64,000 nt of DNA from a virus. The notes under the pieces are model-generated. The model saw nothing but the letters and a program-made list of their open reading frames with translations. It ran no database searches and was not told the DNA's origin. The position numbers were made by a program, and so were the translations under genes. Positions within the stretch are counted from its first letter, which is position 1; each line of letters starts with the position of its first letter. The stretch is taken from IMG/VR virus record IMGVR_UViG_3300045988_072028, positions 32,001 to 96,000 of that record; one strand, given 5' to 3'. Positions 35,338-45,570 of this stretch are shown here, piece after piece.

Positions 35338-36460
35338 GCACTACATTGAAATCATCACTGGGCGGTATATATTGTTGCTCCAATGGAACACCGGGAGGTG
35401 GGGGCGGAAGCGTAACGACTGTCGTGTCCGGCTTGCCGCTACCCACAGGGGCATCCGAGCCTCCTGGTCTTTCTTGGCGCACCACCCCTCCATCAGGATA
35501 ATATCGCTCATATCCTTTCATAATATCTACATGTATCGCATCAATCTCCTCTAATGATCTTTGACGGACTTTTACTATATGATGGAATATAAGTCCATCT
35601 ACACGGAAAGAGCGCCTTGATTCACTCTTAAAACGTTCCAGATTAGGATACCAGCCTTGCGGGAATTGCATGTATGATGAATATCCGTATCTTTTTGGGA
35701 TATTCAACGCTACCATAGCCGTACACAATTGCCCCAATGTATCTGATTGATAGAAATCAGATTGTTTTGGCATATGATCCTTAGGATCCCGTCTTCCCTC
35801 AATATCACGGTTAAGTTGTGATATTATAAGAAAGAATATATTGGGAAAAGTTCTTTTAGCTATATTACACATGGTTATCAGACTATCTATATTCCTCTTA
35901 GCGTCACCCGTGCCTTGTATAAGAGCTGTATGATCTATGGATACAAATACCATTTTCTTATCCTTGTTCGCTGGCATATAACTATTCCATAAGAAGTTCT
36001 GAAGCTCGTCTACTGTCGATGGTTTAGGAATGTATGTTATTCTGCTGGAGTTTTCCTCCTTAAGACATTTCTGCATTTCCTTTATCTCTTCATCAGACAT
36101 CTCGTTAAGGAGAATATCTTGTATATCCTTTCCCATTTTTTTTGATAGTGAACGTAACATCAAATCCTCTGGATTCATTTCAAATTCACATCTGAGCCAT
36201 ACATAATCATCAGCTTGGGGATTGATATTAACATTCATTACATTACTCATAATCTTCTGAGCCAAATAAGACTTGCCCACTCCGGGCCTAGCGCCGATAG
36301 CCACCGCATGTTGTGGGTAGAACCCGCCCAGCAACGCCTTGTCAAGATAAGCGTATCCAGTACGAGCCGGGAGAAGCTCTCCCGACTGATACTTTCTTAT
36401 CCTCTCATAGGCATCCATGATAATCTCCTTGGATGACCTCCATATCCTATCCTCACTCAT
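35318..36460 (-). CDS. DnaB-family replicative helicase (RecA-like C-terminal domain)
   Basis: Walker A GARPGVGKS, Walker B VFVSIDH, and IISQLNRDIEGR (DnaB H3-like). Pro-rich C-terminal tail. Confidence 0.8.
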   Translation of the reverse strand: MSEDRIWRSSKEIIMDAYERIRKYQSGELLPARTGYAYLDKALLGGFYPQHAVAIGARPGVGKSYLAQKIMSNVMNVNINPQADDYVWLRCEFEMNPEDLMLRSLSKKMGKDIQDILLNEMSDEEIKEMQKCLKEENSSRITYIPKPSTVDELQNFLWNSYMPANKDKKMVFVSIDHTALIQGTGDAKRNIDSLITMCNIAKRTFPNIFFLIISQLNRDIEGRRDPKDHMPKQSDFYQSDTLGQLCTAMVALNIPKRYGYSSYMQFPQGWYPNLERFKSESRRSFRVDGLIFHHIVKVRQRSLEEIDAIHVDIMKGYERYYPDGGVVRQERPGGSDAPVGSGKPDTTVVTLPPPPPGVPLEQQYIPPSDDFNVVHDETPY

Positions 36461-36744
36461 CCTCTTGCGTTTCTATCGCCAGCCGTATCGGATTTAGACC
36501 CTCTGTTAGCTGATCTTGATTTATATCTAAGTCCTTTAGCCGTATGGCATAAATCCTTTCCCTTCCGATAGGCTTTACCTTTCAACTTATCGGTCTTGTA
36601 GTTCTTGCGACCCAACTCCCGTCTCTTGGCTTTCTGCTCAGGGCGGGCGTTGATCTTCTTATCCGTCTCGGCTTTCTTTCTTCTGGCCTCCGGATGTGTC
36701 CTATAGTATTCAGTCGATCTCCCCATCCTCGTCCTCCTCGTCAT
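36457..36744 (-). CDS. highly basic Lys/Arg-rich small protein
   Basis: 95 aa, dominated by K and R. ATGA overlap with the helicase gene. Confidence 0.5.
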   Translation of the reverse strand: MTRRTRMGRSTEYYRTHPEARRKKAETDKKINARPEQKAKRRELGRKNYKTDKLKGKAYRKGKDLCHTAKGLRYKSRSANRGSKSDTAGDRNARG

Positions 36745-37003
36745 AATTATAATCCTCTACGATAATATCCTCTCCATCTAAATATGAGGCTTTATCTCCG
36801 AGTCTGCTTCTCATGCTCTCGTAAGGATCATCTCCGTCCTTTATCTCCCACACACATACGTATGGACCTATTATATCACTAAGCATCTCTGCCCGGTTCT
36901 CGCTGATGCCTTTTTCTATCATCTTATCCTTGCAATAAGATTTGTTGTACACCGATCCTCCAACATAAAATTCTGTTGGCTTATGAATAAAAATTACTTT
37001 CAT
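36710..37003 (-). CDS. hypothetical protein with acidic C-terminus
   Basis: Packed same-strand ORF. Confidence 0.5.
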   Translation of the reverse strand: MKVIFIHKPTEFYVGGSVYNKSYCKDKMIEKGISENRAEMLSDIIGPYVCVWEIKDGDDPYESMRSRLGDKASYLDGEDIIVEDYNYDEEDEDGEID

Positions 37004-37033
37004 TTTTTATTCTATTGATATTATTGCCCAAAT

Positions 37034-37591
37034 TTATTTGTTTTCACCTACATAATCTCCATAACTCATGTCTGTATCACAGACTACCGTATTGGTTGTA
37101 TTGTCTACCACATGAAACAGAAACTCCGGGCATCCGTGGCAGGCGTTACTCCCGATCGCCACCGCTCCGTGCCTAGAGCAAGCCTTACCTATCGTGGTAC
37201 CCTCATGTATCTGTATATGGTTCTTCCCATATACCTTGATATGTCTCATAACATTAAGCAATGATAATAAGGACATCTTATACGGAGACACATGCTCTTC
37301 TGGTATTCCTAGCTCACTGGATAACTCTTTGTAAAAGTTTTTCCTTTCATAACTCGACTCTTTCAAGAACCTATCGATCTCAATAGCTGTTATATCCATG
37401 GCCCTAAGAAGCTCTGGTTTCGCCAATCTCCCTACTGGTTTACCCATCGAATCAGACCTCATCCAAGCCCCACACTTCTCGCACCCTACTTGCTTCCCCT
37501 CTACCGTATTTATCATAGTGGACGGGTTCTTGCAGTATGGGCATATGGACCCGTTTAACATAGCTTTCTGAGCTAAAGACAACTCTCTCAT
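37034..37591 (-). CDS. zinc-ribbon hypothetical protein
   Basis: CPYC...CEKC near the N-terminus. Confidence 0.55.
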   Translation of the reverse strand: MRELSLAQKAMLNGSICPYCKNPSTMINTVEGKQVGCEKCGAWMRSDSMGKPVGRLAKPELLRAMDITAIEIDRFLKESSYERKNFYKELSSELGIPEEHVSPYKMSLLSLLNVMRHIKVYGKNHIQIHEGTTIGKACSRHGAVAIGSNACHGCPEFLFHVVDNTTNTVVCDTDMSYGDYVGENK

Positions 37592-37875
37592 ACCGTTTCT
37601 TCTATCTTAACATTAAATAGATTGCAGAATCTATTAAAATTCTTGTTTTCTATTTTCATGTCCTCCTCATACCTGTCAATTGACTTGATGAAATCATTGT
37701 AACAGTCCTTGCACATCCATTGATTGATCACCGCCACGTAATAACCTACGGATGTAGGTCTGTTACACATATCGCAAATACCTAAGCACCCATATCTGGT
37801 AAGCTTATCCATCATCTCCTGTCTTGTTATTTCAAGCACCTTGAATCCCTTGTAATTATCAACTACCTTTGCCAT
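37588..37875 (-). CDS. zinc-finger hypothetical protein
   Basis: CDMC...CKDC. Confidence 0.55.
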   Translation of the reverse strand: MAKVVDNYKGFKVLEITRQEMMDKLTRYGCLGICDMCNRPTSVGYYVAVINQWMCKDCYNDFIKSIDRYEEDMKIENKNFNRFCNLFNVKIEETV

Positions 37876-38815
37876 TATTGTAAATTTGTTTAATTATAAA
37901 ATAATCCGCTATATCCATCCCCTCATCTATATTGGGTTTTGATTCTAGAAAATCACTTATCTCTATATTCATCCCCCTCATATCCTTGTCTACCTTCTTT
38001 CTCCATTCGTTGAAAGCGTCGCCCTTATCCGGGTACAGGACTATCCGCCTCCTACCCAATGTCTCTACCATCTCCCTCTTCAACATATGGATACCGCCAC
38101 AGGCCATGAACAACCTACTAGGGTACACGATGTTGCAGATAACAGCCGTCTTCTCTGACTCTACTATATACACCGGAGCGTCATTGGGATAGAAGTTGAT
38201 AAGGAACTCCCCGAACAGGCATTGCCTAAGCAGGTAATCCTGACCGTCCAGTATATGCACCCAACATACATGATCCATGGGAACCTTTACCCTCTTCCCG
38301 TCAGGCCCGTAGTCCATTATCTTCCCGGTTCGCACCACCCAATTCTTATCCAGTTGCCAGAACACACAGCACTTACCCCAGTCCCCGAATCTCATCATCC
38401 CCACCTTATACAAGCTAAATGCCCTATTGGTATGATACGATCCGAAGATATTGGATAGATAATCCTGAAGATCGGATGTCTCGAAAGGATTAAGCGTCTC
38501 AAACATCTTGCTTACCGGAATGCAGTTGGCTATATCCGGATCTACGGGAGGTCTATACCTCCTTAATACTTTGTTAGAATCGGTAAAAAGATCATTGCTC
38601 CCAAGCTCATTGCCTGTTGGGTATTTAAAATAACCACATTTATTTTTATGATCACATACCCCAAACTGCTCCCCTACTATCTGTCCGGTGGTTACATCTA
38701 CGTACGGCGTAAAGCATCTATCCCTGCCGCATTGCGGGCACGTCAGCTTTCTTCTTGGCTTACTATGATCCAATTCATATCTGTGAACGCTCTTGTCAAA
38801 TTCCCTAAACTCCAT
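37859..38815 (-). CDS. DNA primase (zinc finger + Toprim)
   Basis: CPQCGRDRCF...CDHKNKCGY zinc-binding region. Toprim-like VYIVESEKTAVI and IVLYPDKGD. Confidence 0.65.
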   Translation of the reverse strand: MEFREFDKSVHRYELDHSKPRRKLTCPQCGRDRCFTPYVDVTTGQIVGEQFGVCDHKNKCGYFKYPTGNELGSNDLFTDSNKVLRRYRPPVDPDIANCIPVSKMFETLNPFETSDLQDYLSNIFGSYHTNRAFSLYKVGMMRFGDWGKCCVFWQLDKNWVVRTGKIMDYGPDGKRVKVPMDHVCWVHILDGQDYLLRQCLFGEFLINFYPNDAPVYIVESEKTAVICNIVYPSRLFMACGGIHMLKREMVETLGRRRIVLYPDKGDAFNEWRKKVDKDMRGMNIEISDFLESKPNIDEGMDIADYFIIKQIYNNGKGS

Positions 38816-40248
38816 TATCCTATCCTCTCACTCATGATTCGATAAATATAATCTCTCAGTGATTCTTTTCTTATCAAGTTATTCAATTCAAAATCACTTT
38901 CTATATCCAAAGATCCTATTCTTGATGTAACCGTATAATTGGTTTTCTCGAACTTATACTTACCTTGGAGATATACGACTGTAGCCATGTTAAGTATAGG
39001 ATTATCAGTTTGTCTCTTCAGTTTATATTGGCTTGTCTTGGCGGTAGGATCACCCGGAGCGAAGTTATATATCTCCTCTATCTCCAATATCTTTCCGTAG
39101 TTCTCCATTATCATTCTTCTATATAACTCAAGCTGGAAAGCATACTCATCATAAAAATTGCCTTTCCTGTTTGATTTGAAGTCCAATATAGCAAATATCC
39201 TCCTGCATCTCTTTATCTTCTTTTTCTCTGTCTTAGGTTGGCCTTTCTTGGTTCCAGTCTTATAGAACTCTCCTGTCTCGACCTCTATCTCCACCATCTC
39301 CGGCTCGCTATCCATCTCCACCACAGCATCCACAGAGGAAGCCACTTTCAATCTCCTTGACCTCAACATCTTCTCAATCAACACAGGTTTTACATGTCTT
39401 TCTTTACAGAATATAGCGAATGATATTAGGTCTTCTATCAACTCATCCATATTATCCACTAATATCCGCTCCATCCTATACTTGTCTATTCTCAACTTAG
39501 CTTCCTTGACAGCTTTTCTTATCCATGTTGGAATCAGTTTTATCTTAACTCCAGTCAGATACAATCCAAATAAGTAATGCATGATCGTACCCAAGTCAGC
39601 CCGGTAGTTGGCGTACTCGTCTGGATCCTTACCCTTGAGCCTCATCTCATTCTTCCACTTCTCCAAAGCGCCGGACGTATCACAATACCCATTGGCGATA
39701 TTGTTAGTGGCTCCATCGTATATGATAGGATACCCATCAACATCCATCTCATAATACACACGTTTGCCAGCGACAGTCATTCTATATAACACTGGTGTCG
39801 GGATATCCTTTATCCATTCAGCAGCATAATACTGTTGCTCTGTCTCCAGATCATACTCAACCTCCATCTCCTCCTTAGGCTCGTTTTTAGGCTCTTCAAC
39901 AGGCTTTTTCTCCTCGACCATATCTTTCTTTGGGATCGTTGACAAAACGTCTAATATGCCAAAGAAAGCGGTAAATTTAGGATCTGTATGATATGATCTT
40001 AATATTGGTAACGATGATCGCCAATAATATGATGACGCATTCTCGTCCATTGTCTTATTATGAACAAACTCTATTACAATACCATCATCCGTGATAACCA
40101 CATGATGTTTTTTGGATAAACGGACTCTCATATCATCAAACGATTCTTGATCGCTTATGACTTCCATATCCGTGCCTTTCTTATATATCGTATCACTTAT
40201 AGCTTCGTATCCAAGAGCTAGAAGTAATTTTTGTTTTCTTCTATCCAT
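38815..40248 (-). CDS. protein with C-terminal PD-(D/E)XK-like nuclease motifs
   Basis: SSVDAVVEMD ... FAILDFKSN ... YAFQLELY follows the D...(D/E)xK...QxxxY order of RecB-like nucleases. Confidence 0.45.
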   Translation of the reverse strand: MDRRKQKLLLALGYEAISDTIYKKGTDMEVISDQESFDDMRVRLSKKHHVVITDDGIVIEFVHNKTMDENASSYYWRSSLPILRSYHTDPKFTAFFGILDVLSTIPKKDMVEEKKPVEEPKNEPKEEMEVEYDLETEQQYYAAEWIKDIPTPVLYRMTVAGKRVYYEMDVDGYPIIYDGATNNIANGYCDTSGALEKWKNEMRLKGKDPDEYANYRADLGTIMHYLFGLYLTGVKIKLIPTWIRKAVKEAKLRIDKYRMERILVDNMDELIEDLISFAIFCKERHVKPVLIEKMLRSRRLKVASSVDAVVEMDSEPEMVEIEVETGEFYKTGTKKGQPKTEKKKIKRCRRIFAILDFKSNRKGNFYDEYAFQLELYRRMIMENYGKILEIEEIYNFAPGDPTAKTSQYKLKRQTDNPILNMATVVYLQGKYKFEKTNYTVTSRIGSLDIESDFELNNLIRKESLRDYIYRIMSERIG

Positions 40249-40718
40249 GATAATAATCTGGTTTTTAATTTACCATCCTCCTCGACTCTAGGTGCGAGAT
40301 CCCTCATCCTTCTGGCTGCCAACAGCCATACGTTGCCAAACTCGTCCAAGAGCCGGCTGAAATCCATCGTATCTAATAGATAATCGAATCTTGTATGCTC
40401 ATCAGCCGTCAAGTAGATAATGTTATCATTATCCTCAGCAACTGATTTATATTTCCGTTTAGGGTATAAGTGGCATATGTTGCTTACCCCCGGGCATGGT
40501 ATGTATGCGCCGGTAGCAGATCTCCTTGTCATACTCAATCTAGCCACATGGGCGCCAAAGAAAACGGCTAGGCTCTTCCCCTTTGGCTTGGCCTTTACCC
40601 GTATCGCCGCCCTTTCCTTTGGCGGTAGCTCCTTGGCTCTGCATGCGGGACATAACCCCTTACTCCTTATGGTTACCATCCTTCCGCATCTCTCACACGG
40701 TAACATCCTACCTCTCAT
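40218..40718 (-). CDS. zinc-ribbon protein with possible HNH-like motif
   Basis: CERCG...CPAC at the N-terminus. NICHLYPKRKY...DNDNIIYLTADEH resembles an H-N-H spacing. Weak. Confidence 0.4.
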   Translation of the reverse strand: MRGRMLPCERCGRMVTIRSKGLCPACRAKELPPKERAAIRVKAKPKGKSLAVFFGAHVARLSMTRRSATGAYIPCPGVSNICHLYPKRKYKSVAEDNDNIIYLTADEHTRFDYLLDTMDFSRLLDEFGNVWLLAARRMRDLAPRVEEDGKLKTRLLSWIEENKNYF

Positions 40719-41083
40719 GCCTTTTTCTTTTTATAACTTTTGTTGAACTCCATAAGGCTCATAGCCCTATACCTCTTAAGCCTATTAATCTTACCCTCAG
40801 TCCAATCTTGATCCTTGAAGTTAATGATCGTATCGAATATCTGAGCCAGCTCCCGGATATTAAAATTCCTGTTCTGTATTTTTTTATAGAACCCCGATCT
40901 GCTATATCCTAATTTAGAAGCTAGATAAGTTTTGTTAGACAATGTGAGGATACGATAAATCGTACCCTCCATCTTGCTTATCTCCATCAACTTCTCGGCG
41001 ACGGATGATGTGGTCTCATAGCTAGCTTTATTGCTTACTATTCTCATGTTTCTCCGGATTCCTGATCTTACCATCAAACTCAT
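40715..41083 (-). CDS. putative helix-turn-helix DNA-binding protein
   Basis: NKTYLASKLGYSRSGFYKKIQNRNF looks like an HTH. Weak. Confidence 0.4.
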   Translation of the reverse strand: MSLMVRSGIRRNMRIVSNKASYETTSSVAEKLMEISKMEGTIYRILTLSNKTYLASKLGYSRSGFYKKIQNRNFNIRELAQIFDTIINFKDQDWTEGKINRLKRYRAMSLMEFNKSYKKKKA

Positions 41084-41492
41084 AGAAGTCCATCAGTTTC
41101 TTCTCTTCCTTGATACAAGTGACAACGAAGTCTGATATGGTTCCTTTCATGCCTTCCTCGAAATTCTTTTTGGCATGATCAAGGTCATTGGCCCGAACGA
41201 TGTAGTTAAACGCCTTGCGTTTCTCATTGCCCGATTTCTCGTCTATCGTAATATAATCAGCCGTGACCTTATAGAACCGGTCTCCATCCATGGCAAATAA
41301 TTCCGCTATCCGGAATCGTTTGATATCAACGCTAAACTCACCGGAGATAAACGGTCTCATCTCCTCTATGATTCTAGCCTCACACTCTGTATAAGAAAGG
41401 GCATCCACTAAATACTCTTCCTTTACCTTCTTCTTCATGCCGTTCTCGGCATCGGTCTCATAAGAAACCGTACATTTAAACCAATTGTGCAT
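41028..41492 (-). CDS. DUF4494-like protein
   Basis: WFKCTVSYE...KKKVKEEYLVDALSYTECEARIIEEM resembles the Bacteroidetes/crAss-associated DUF4494 N-terminal pattern as I recall it. Confidence 0.5.
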   Translation of the reverse strand: MHNWFKCTVSYETDAENGMKKKVKEEYLVDALSYTECEARIIEEMRPFISGEFSVDIKRFRIAELFAMDGDRFYKVTADYITIDEKSGNEKRKAFNYIVRANDLDHAKKNFEEGMKGTISDFVVTCIKEEKKLMDFYEFDGKIRNPEKHENSKQ

Positions 41493-41496
41493 CTTA

Positions 41497-42180
41497 TTAA
41501 TCTATATTGTTGTTAAACAATGGGTAATCCTTTATCCCTTCACGAATATATCTTTCCGTATCATCATCCACGTCATAAGCTTTCTTAAAAAACGTCATAG
41601 CCGTATTCGTATCATGATCCACCAACGGAAGATATTCCTTTACAAAAAGGAATCTAAGATGATTCATATGATCAATCTTATTTCTTACATCGATTACCTT
41701 CGACCAGATCTCGGCATGGATTTCACTCATTCTTTTTATACCCTTCTTGTATTTATCTACCTGATCTTTATACTCCTCCTCAATCTTATTATTCTTGTCC
41801 TTTATAGATTTGTAGGATTCCTCATCTTTCGTATCAAACATTGGAATATGTTTGATATTGATTATATCCAACTTATTATATATCTTATCATTGGATATAG
41901 TGAAATCGTATGTAGTCTTGTATAAATCAAACTTACTTAAGAACTTAGCTATTTTAATAGCATCATCCTGATTAAAAACAGCTATGCTCAATCCTTCTAA
42001 AAGGTAGAAGAAATTAGATGGAGAAATAGGTTTGTAGTCGTATGTCTTCATAACTGGAGGTTCGTCCACAAACCTAACACCCTCCTTAGCGCATCTTGTT
42101 ATGATCAATCTATCTATCTGCTCGTCAGTAAGATCATATATCTCCTGATCGGTCATCTCATTAATTGTCTTCATCGTCAT
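41497..42180 (-). CDS. hypothetical protein
   Basis: Packed same-strand ORF. Confidence 0.55.
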   Translation of the reverse strand: MTMKTINEMTDQEIYDLTDEQIDRLIITRCAKEGVRFVDEPPVMKTYDYKPISPSNFFYLLEGLSIAVFNQDDAIKIAKFLSKFDLYKTTYDFTISNDKIYNKLDIINIKHIPMFDTKDEESYKSIKDKNNKIEEEYKDQVDKYKKGIKRMSEIHAEIWSKVIDVRNKIDHMNHLRFLFVKEYLPLVDHDTNTAMTFFKKAYDVDDDTERYIREGIKDYPLFNNNID

Positions 42181-42439
42181 CCTTCTCCATCATTATAGCC
42201 TTTGCCGCCTTTTGTTTATAAACCTCACTCATAAGGCAGGTAAAATCCATATCATCCATACCAGCCATAACATTGGCTTCTACTTCCAAATTCATCTCAA
42301 TGTTCATTACCGAGACTTCATAGTTACTATCATCTTCTTTATAGAAAATGACTTTGCCACCATACTCGAAACCATCATCTTCGGTCTTAACCATATCGAT
42401 GATCTTCTCCAATTTCTTTACAAACTCACTCTTTTTCAT
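42161..42439 (-). CDS. hypothetical acidic protein
   Basis: Packed same-strand ORF. Confidence 0.5.
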   Translation of the reverse strand: MKKSEFVKKLEKIIDMVKTEDDGFEYGGKVIFYKEDDSNYEVSVMNIEMNLEVEANVMAGMDDMDFTCLMSEVYKQKAAKAIMMEKDDDEDN

Positions 42440-42557
42440 ATATGCAATTTTTATATGTCTACAAAAGTAGACATTTTGTTTTTGAATTAAATTAAATAAA
42501 CATTATTAATAGTTAATACTATCCTTTCTCCTATCATTCATATTTATTCTTTGGTAA

Positions 42558-42974
42558 TTATACCCTAACATCTGCTCCATCTTCTTTAACCCAATTAACC
42601 GTATCGCAATGCCAGCAATACCCTGTCTCGGAATCCTTTTTATGAGAATGGGAACCACATGTAGCGCACCAATAATTATCATCTATATTGTATGTGTAAC
42701 TTTTATCCTCATGCATCTTATCTATTCTAGCTACCCTATCTTCCAATAGATCCTTTAGATAATGGCATTCATAAGGCCTATCTTCTTCCCTTAATATATA
42801 AACATCTATGTCCATCATATTCCCCATCCTGTCCGTGCACATCAGCTCGGCGGCATGACGTACATTCCCTTCCGGCATCCCCGGGACTATCTCCCGGATC
42901 ACTGCCTCCATCTTCTCTTGGTATTCGGTGTCTACCTTAGCCACCAAGTCTTCTAGTTTATCTATTAAGCTCAT
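42558..42974 (-). CDS. hypothetical protein with C-terminal zinc ribbon
   Basis: CATCG...CWHC. Confidence 0.55.
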   Translation of the reverse strand: MSLIDKLEDLVAKVDTEYQEKMEAVIREIVPGMPEGNVRHAAELMCTDRMGNMMDIDVYILREEDRPYECHYLKDLLEDRVARIDKMHEDKSYTYNIDDNYWCATCGSHSHKKDSETGYCWHCDTVNWVKEDGADVRV

Positions 42975-43016
42975 AATTTTTATTGTATATAATTACTATT
43001 TGATATTTATACATAT

Positions 43017-43514
43017 TTATTCTGTATCATCTTCACATTCACCTATCATATCCGTATGACCAAATATCATATCAATAAATTCAAGCATCTCATCATTAAA
43101 CGATCCGCTTTCTTCTTGCAGCTTCCTACATTCATCCTCGGTCAATCCACAAGAAGACACCAGTTCCTCTGCGGCCTGCGTCCATCGCCCGTTGTAGGCT
43201 AGCTCCTGAACCGCCAGCCATATCCCTTGGTTCATGCCCTTCATTCTTGTCTTATCTGAAATATTCTTATCCTCCATATTCTCAATCATTTTTAATTCTT
43301 GTTTCCAAAAAGCTATATATCCATCCTCTATATTGCTATGATATACAACATCATTGGTGCCATTATCCAATATCTCATATACGTCACCCGACTCATCCAT
43401 TACCCCACGAAAAATGTTCTCTCTATCCAAAAAATAACATGGTTTCTGTACTTCCGGTAGAGAATTATCTAATGATATCCACTCCGATCCAATTACGGTT
43501 ATTGTAGCTCCCAT
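43017..43514 (-). CDS. hypothetical protein
   Basis: Packed same-strand ORF. Confidence 0.5.
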   Translation of the reverse strand: MGATITVIGSEWISLDNSLPEVQKPCYFLDRENIFRGVMDESGDVYEILDNGTNDVVYHSNIEDGYIAFWKQELKMIENMEDKNISDKTRMKGMNQGIWLAVQELAYNGRWTQAAEELVSSCGLTEDECRKLQEESGSFNDEMLEFIDMIFGHTDMIGECEDDTE

Positions 43515-44022
43515 ATGATTCTTCGTTTAATATTACTATTTTAACCTTAAATCCCAACACATGATCTATTATATCATCATCCACCATATTATCCTCATTG
43601 ATAATACCTTCGCTCGCAAGATTTATGTAATCCGGTTCAGCCAAATCACATATTACCTTCCCATCCTTATCCATGATCCCATATATATAACCATCTAATT
43701 TCTCTACCATATCATTATACGTATTACAGATATAAACAATATGATAATCATCGTATTTTTTCTCGACATACTCATGCACATCCATTTCCAGAACCTCATC
43801 ATCAGCACTGCCCGCATAATACTCAAGCGTATCCATCACCACTACCGGCCATCCTATCTCCTTGGTCATAGTAGATATCTCGTCAATGACTTCCTTCGTG
43901 CGAGTTTCGTCATACTTCCCATTGTTAAACTCATGCATCGCATAAGTCAATTCATGAATATTGCAACAAATCAACCCTATATGTTGATTTTGCTCCCGTT
44001 TGATTCTATCTTTTGTATCCAT
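43465..44022 (-). CDS. hypothetical protein
   Basis: Packed same-strand ORF. Confidence 0.5.
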   Translation of the reverse strand: MDTKDRIKREQNQHIGLICCNIHELTYAMHEFNNGKYDETRTKEVIDEISTMTKEIGWPVVVMDTLEYYAGSADDEVLEMDVHEYVEKKYDDYHIVYICNTYNDMVEKLDGYIYGIMDKDGKVICDLAEPDYINLASEGIINEDNMVDDDIIDHVLGFKVKIVILNEESYGSYNNRNWIGVDIIR

Positions 44023-44033
44023 ATTTATCTCCC

Positions 44034-44276
44034 CTATTCACTCATTCTTTTAATAAAATTCTCCCATGATAGATCAACATCGTTGTAATGCTTGCAACAA
44101 GCATTCTGGATTCTCTCTATCAACGGAATGAACCATAACTGAGTTATTCCGTAACGAGTCTGGATTATTCTACATAGATTTATTTTTATTATCTCCATGT
44201 CATTAATACTAGGAGATGCATTGTCATTCTCACATCTATCTAATATCGTTTGAATTGTAGCCAAATAATGATCCAT
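44034..44276 (-). CDS. hypothetical protein
   Basis: Packed same-strand ORF. Confidence 0.5.
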   Translation of the reverse strand: MDHYLATIQTILDRCENDNASPSINDMEIIKINLCRIIQTRYGITQLWFIPLIERIQNACCKHYNDVDLSWENFIKRMSE

Positions 44277-44295
44277 ATCTTAAATTGTTAATTAA

Positions 44296-44607
44296 TTACC
44301 ATTTCCCATTCCCCGGTATAAATAATACCTCTCCTGTACTTACCCAATGATTCCAGTTATTTTTAAGCTCATTAATGTCATAAGCCTCAGCCGAATGACC
44401 ATTGTAAGACCTTTTTATAACTGACATAATGCTTTCCGCCTGCACGCTCCAATGACGATAACAGTCTGTCCCGCACCCGCACGCCGTGGATCTCCCGTTA
44501 TCGAACTCCCAGACCAGAGGCCGGAGGCCGCATCGTGGACACGGCAACCATTCCATTGGATTCTCCGGCTTCTTGTAAACATCAATACACTTATACTCTA
44601 CTGTCAT
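44296..44607 (-). CDS. zinc-ribbon protein, possibly Lar-like (restriction alleviation)
   Basis: WLPCPRCGLRPLVWEF...ACGCG resembles the L-PCP-CG N-terminal ribbon of Lar-family proteins. Weak. Confidence 0.35.
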   Translation of the reverse strand: MTVEYKCIDVYKKPENPMEWLPCPRCGLRPLVWEFDNGRSTACGCGTDCYRHWSVQAESIMSVIKRSYNGHSAEAYDINELKNNWNHWVSTGEVLFIPGNGKW

Positions 44608-44618
44608 AATTAGTTCTA

Positions 44619-44801
44619 TTAAATTGATCTGATCTTTTGATCTCTCATCTCATTCTTATCCTTGAACATCATTATCCTATTTACAATCCCCTCCGATTCC
44701 ATGTACGTCGAGAATCCATGTATTCTTAGATATTGGATGGCTGATAATGATTTTTCTAGCACATCTTTATATCCTACATCTATCTTAACTTCTTTACCCA
44801 T
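44619..44801 (-). CDS. hypothetical small protein
   Basis: Packed same-strand ORF. Confidence 0.45.
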   Translation of the reverse strand: MGKEVKIDVGYKDVLEKSLSAIQYLRIHGFSTYMESEGIVNRIMMFKDKNEMRDQKIRSI

Positions 44802-44817
44802 AGTCCTCCTCCATTTC

Positions 44818-45027
44818 TCATATCCAACTTCTACTCATAACACTATTATAATCTATTCCATTATTCATAACCACTTTATTAAAGGCCTCCTCGGTATACG
44901 CCAAAGACTCGCCCCTATTAGCTCTCTCGATATTTTCGCTCATCATCCCCATAGCCTCGATCAAGGCCGCTGATGAGTTGGCTATTAACTTAGCCGCTTC
45001 CATTATCTTATTATCATCCATAATCAT
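44818..45027 (-). CDS. hypothetical small protein
   Basis: Packed same-strand ORF. Confidence 0.45.
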   Translation of the reverse strand: MIMDDNKIMEAAKLIANSSAALIEAMGMMSENIERANRGESLAYTEEAFNKVVMNNGIDYNSVMSRSWI

Positions 45028-45206
45028 ATTACTTTAACTTCCTCGTTCCACAAATGTCTTTCATATACCATGGTTGTTCCTATTAGGATTCCGGTATCTT
45101 CTCCCCAATATTCAAGTATTTGATTCCTGAATTTGTGACGCAATTTTTGTATTCCTCCCTTGTTTTTATCATAAGAAGAGTAATCTGATAATCTTACTGT
45201 CTCCAT
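45024..45206 (-). CDS. hypothetical small protein
   Basis: ATGA overlap with the downstream ORF. Confidence 0.45.
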   Translation of the reverse strand: METVRLSDYSSYDKNKGGIQKLRHKFRNQILEYWGEDTGILIGTTMVYERHLWNEEVKVI

Positions 45207-45270
45207 CGTTTACCTCCTTCATTTGTTCGTATGCCAATCTTTCAAGTTCCGGCATGGTGTTTGTTTCTTC

Positions 45271-45570
45271 TTATTTTCCCCCATACTTATTTCTCATTTC
45301 ATTAATATAGCTCATATACCAATCTTTTATATCCTCTTCACTATCCATGCTATACTCTTTATTGAATGGATCGTATCTGATAAACTCCTCTGTTCGGCAG
45401 AATGGGCATGGAATTTCTTCCAATGGCTTGATTAGAACACCATCATCACCTACATTATCCAGATCATATAATATGCCATCTATGCAAGTTGCGTCTGGAT
45501 AATTCGCACCGAAAAGCGGAAATTCTGGACATGTGTTTCTCATGCTTGTACTATTCAAATTCGTTCTCAT
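45271..45570 (-). CDS. hypothetical protein
   Basis: Contains CPFC. Confidence 0.5.
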   Translation of the reverse strand: MRTNLNSTSMRNTCPEFPLFGANYPDATCIDGILYDLDNVGDDGVLIKPLEEIPCPFCRTEEFIRYDPFNKEYSMDSEEDIKDWYMSYINEMRNKYGGK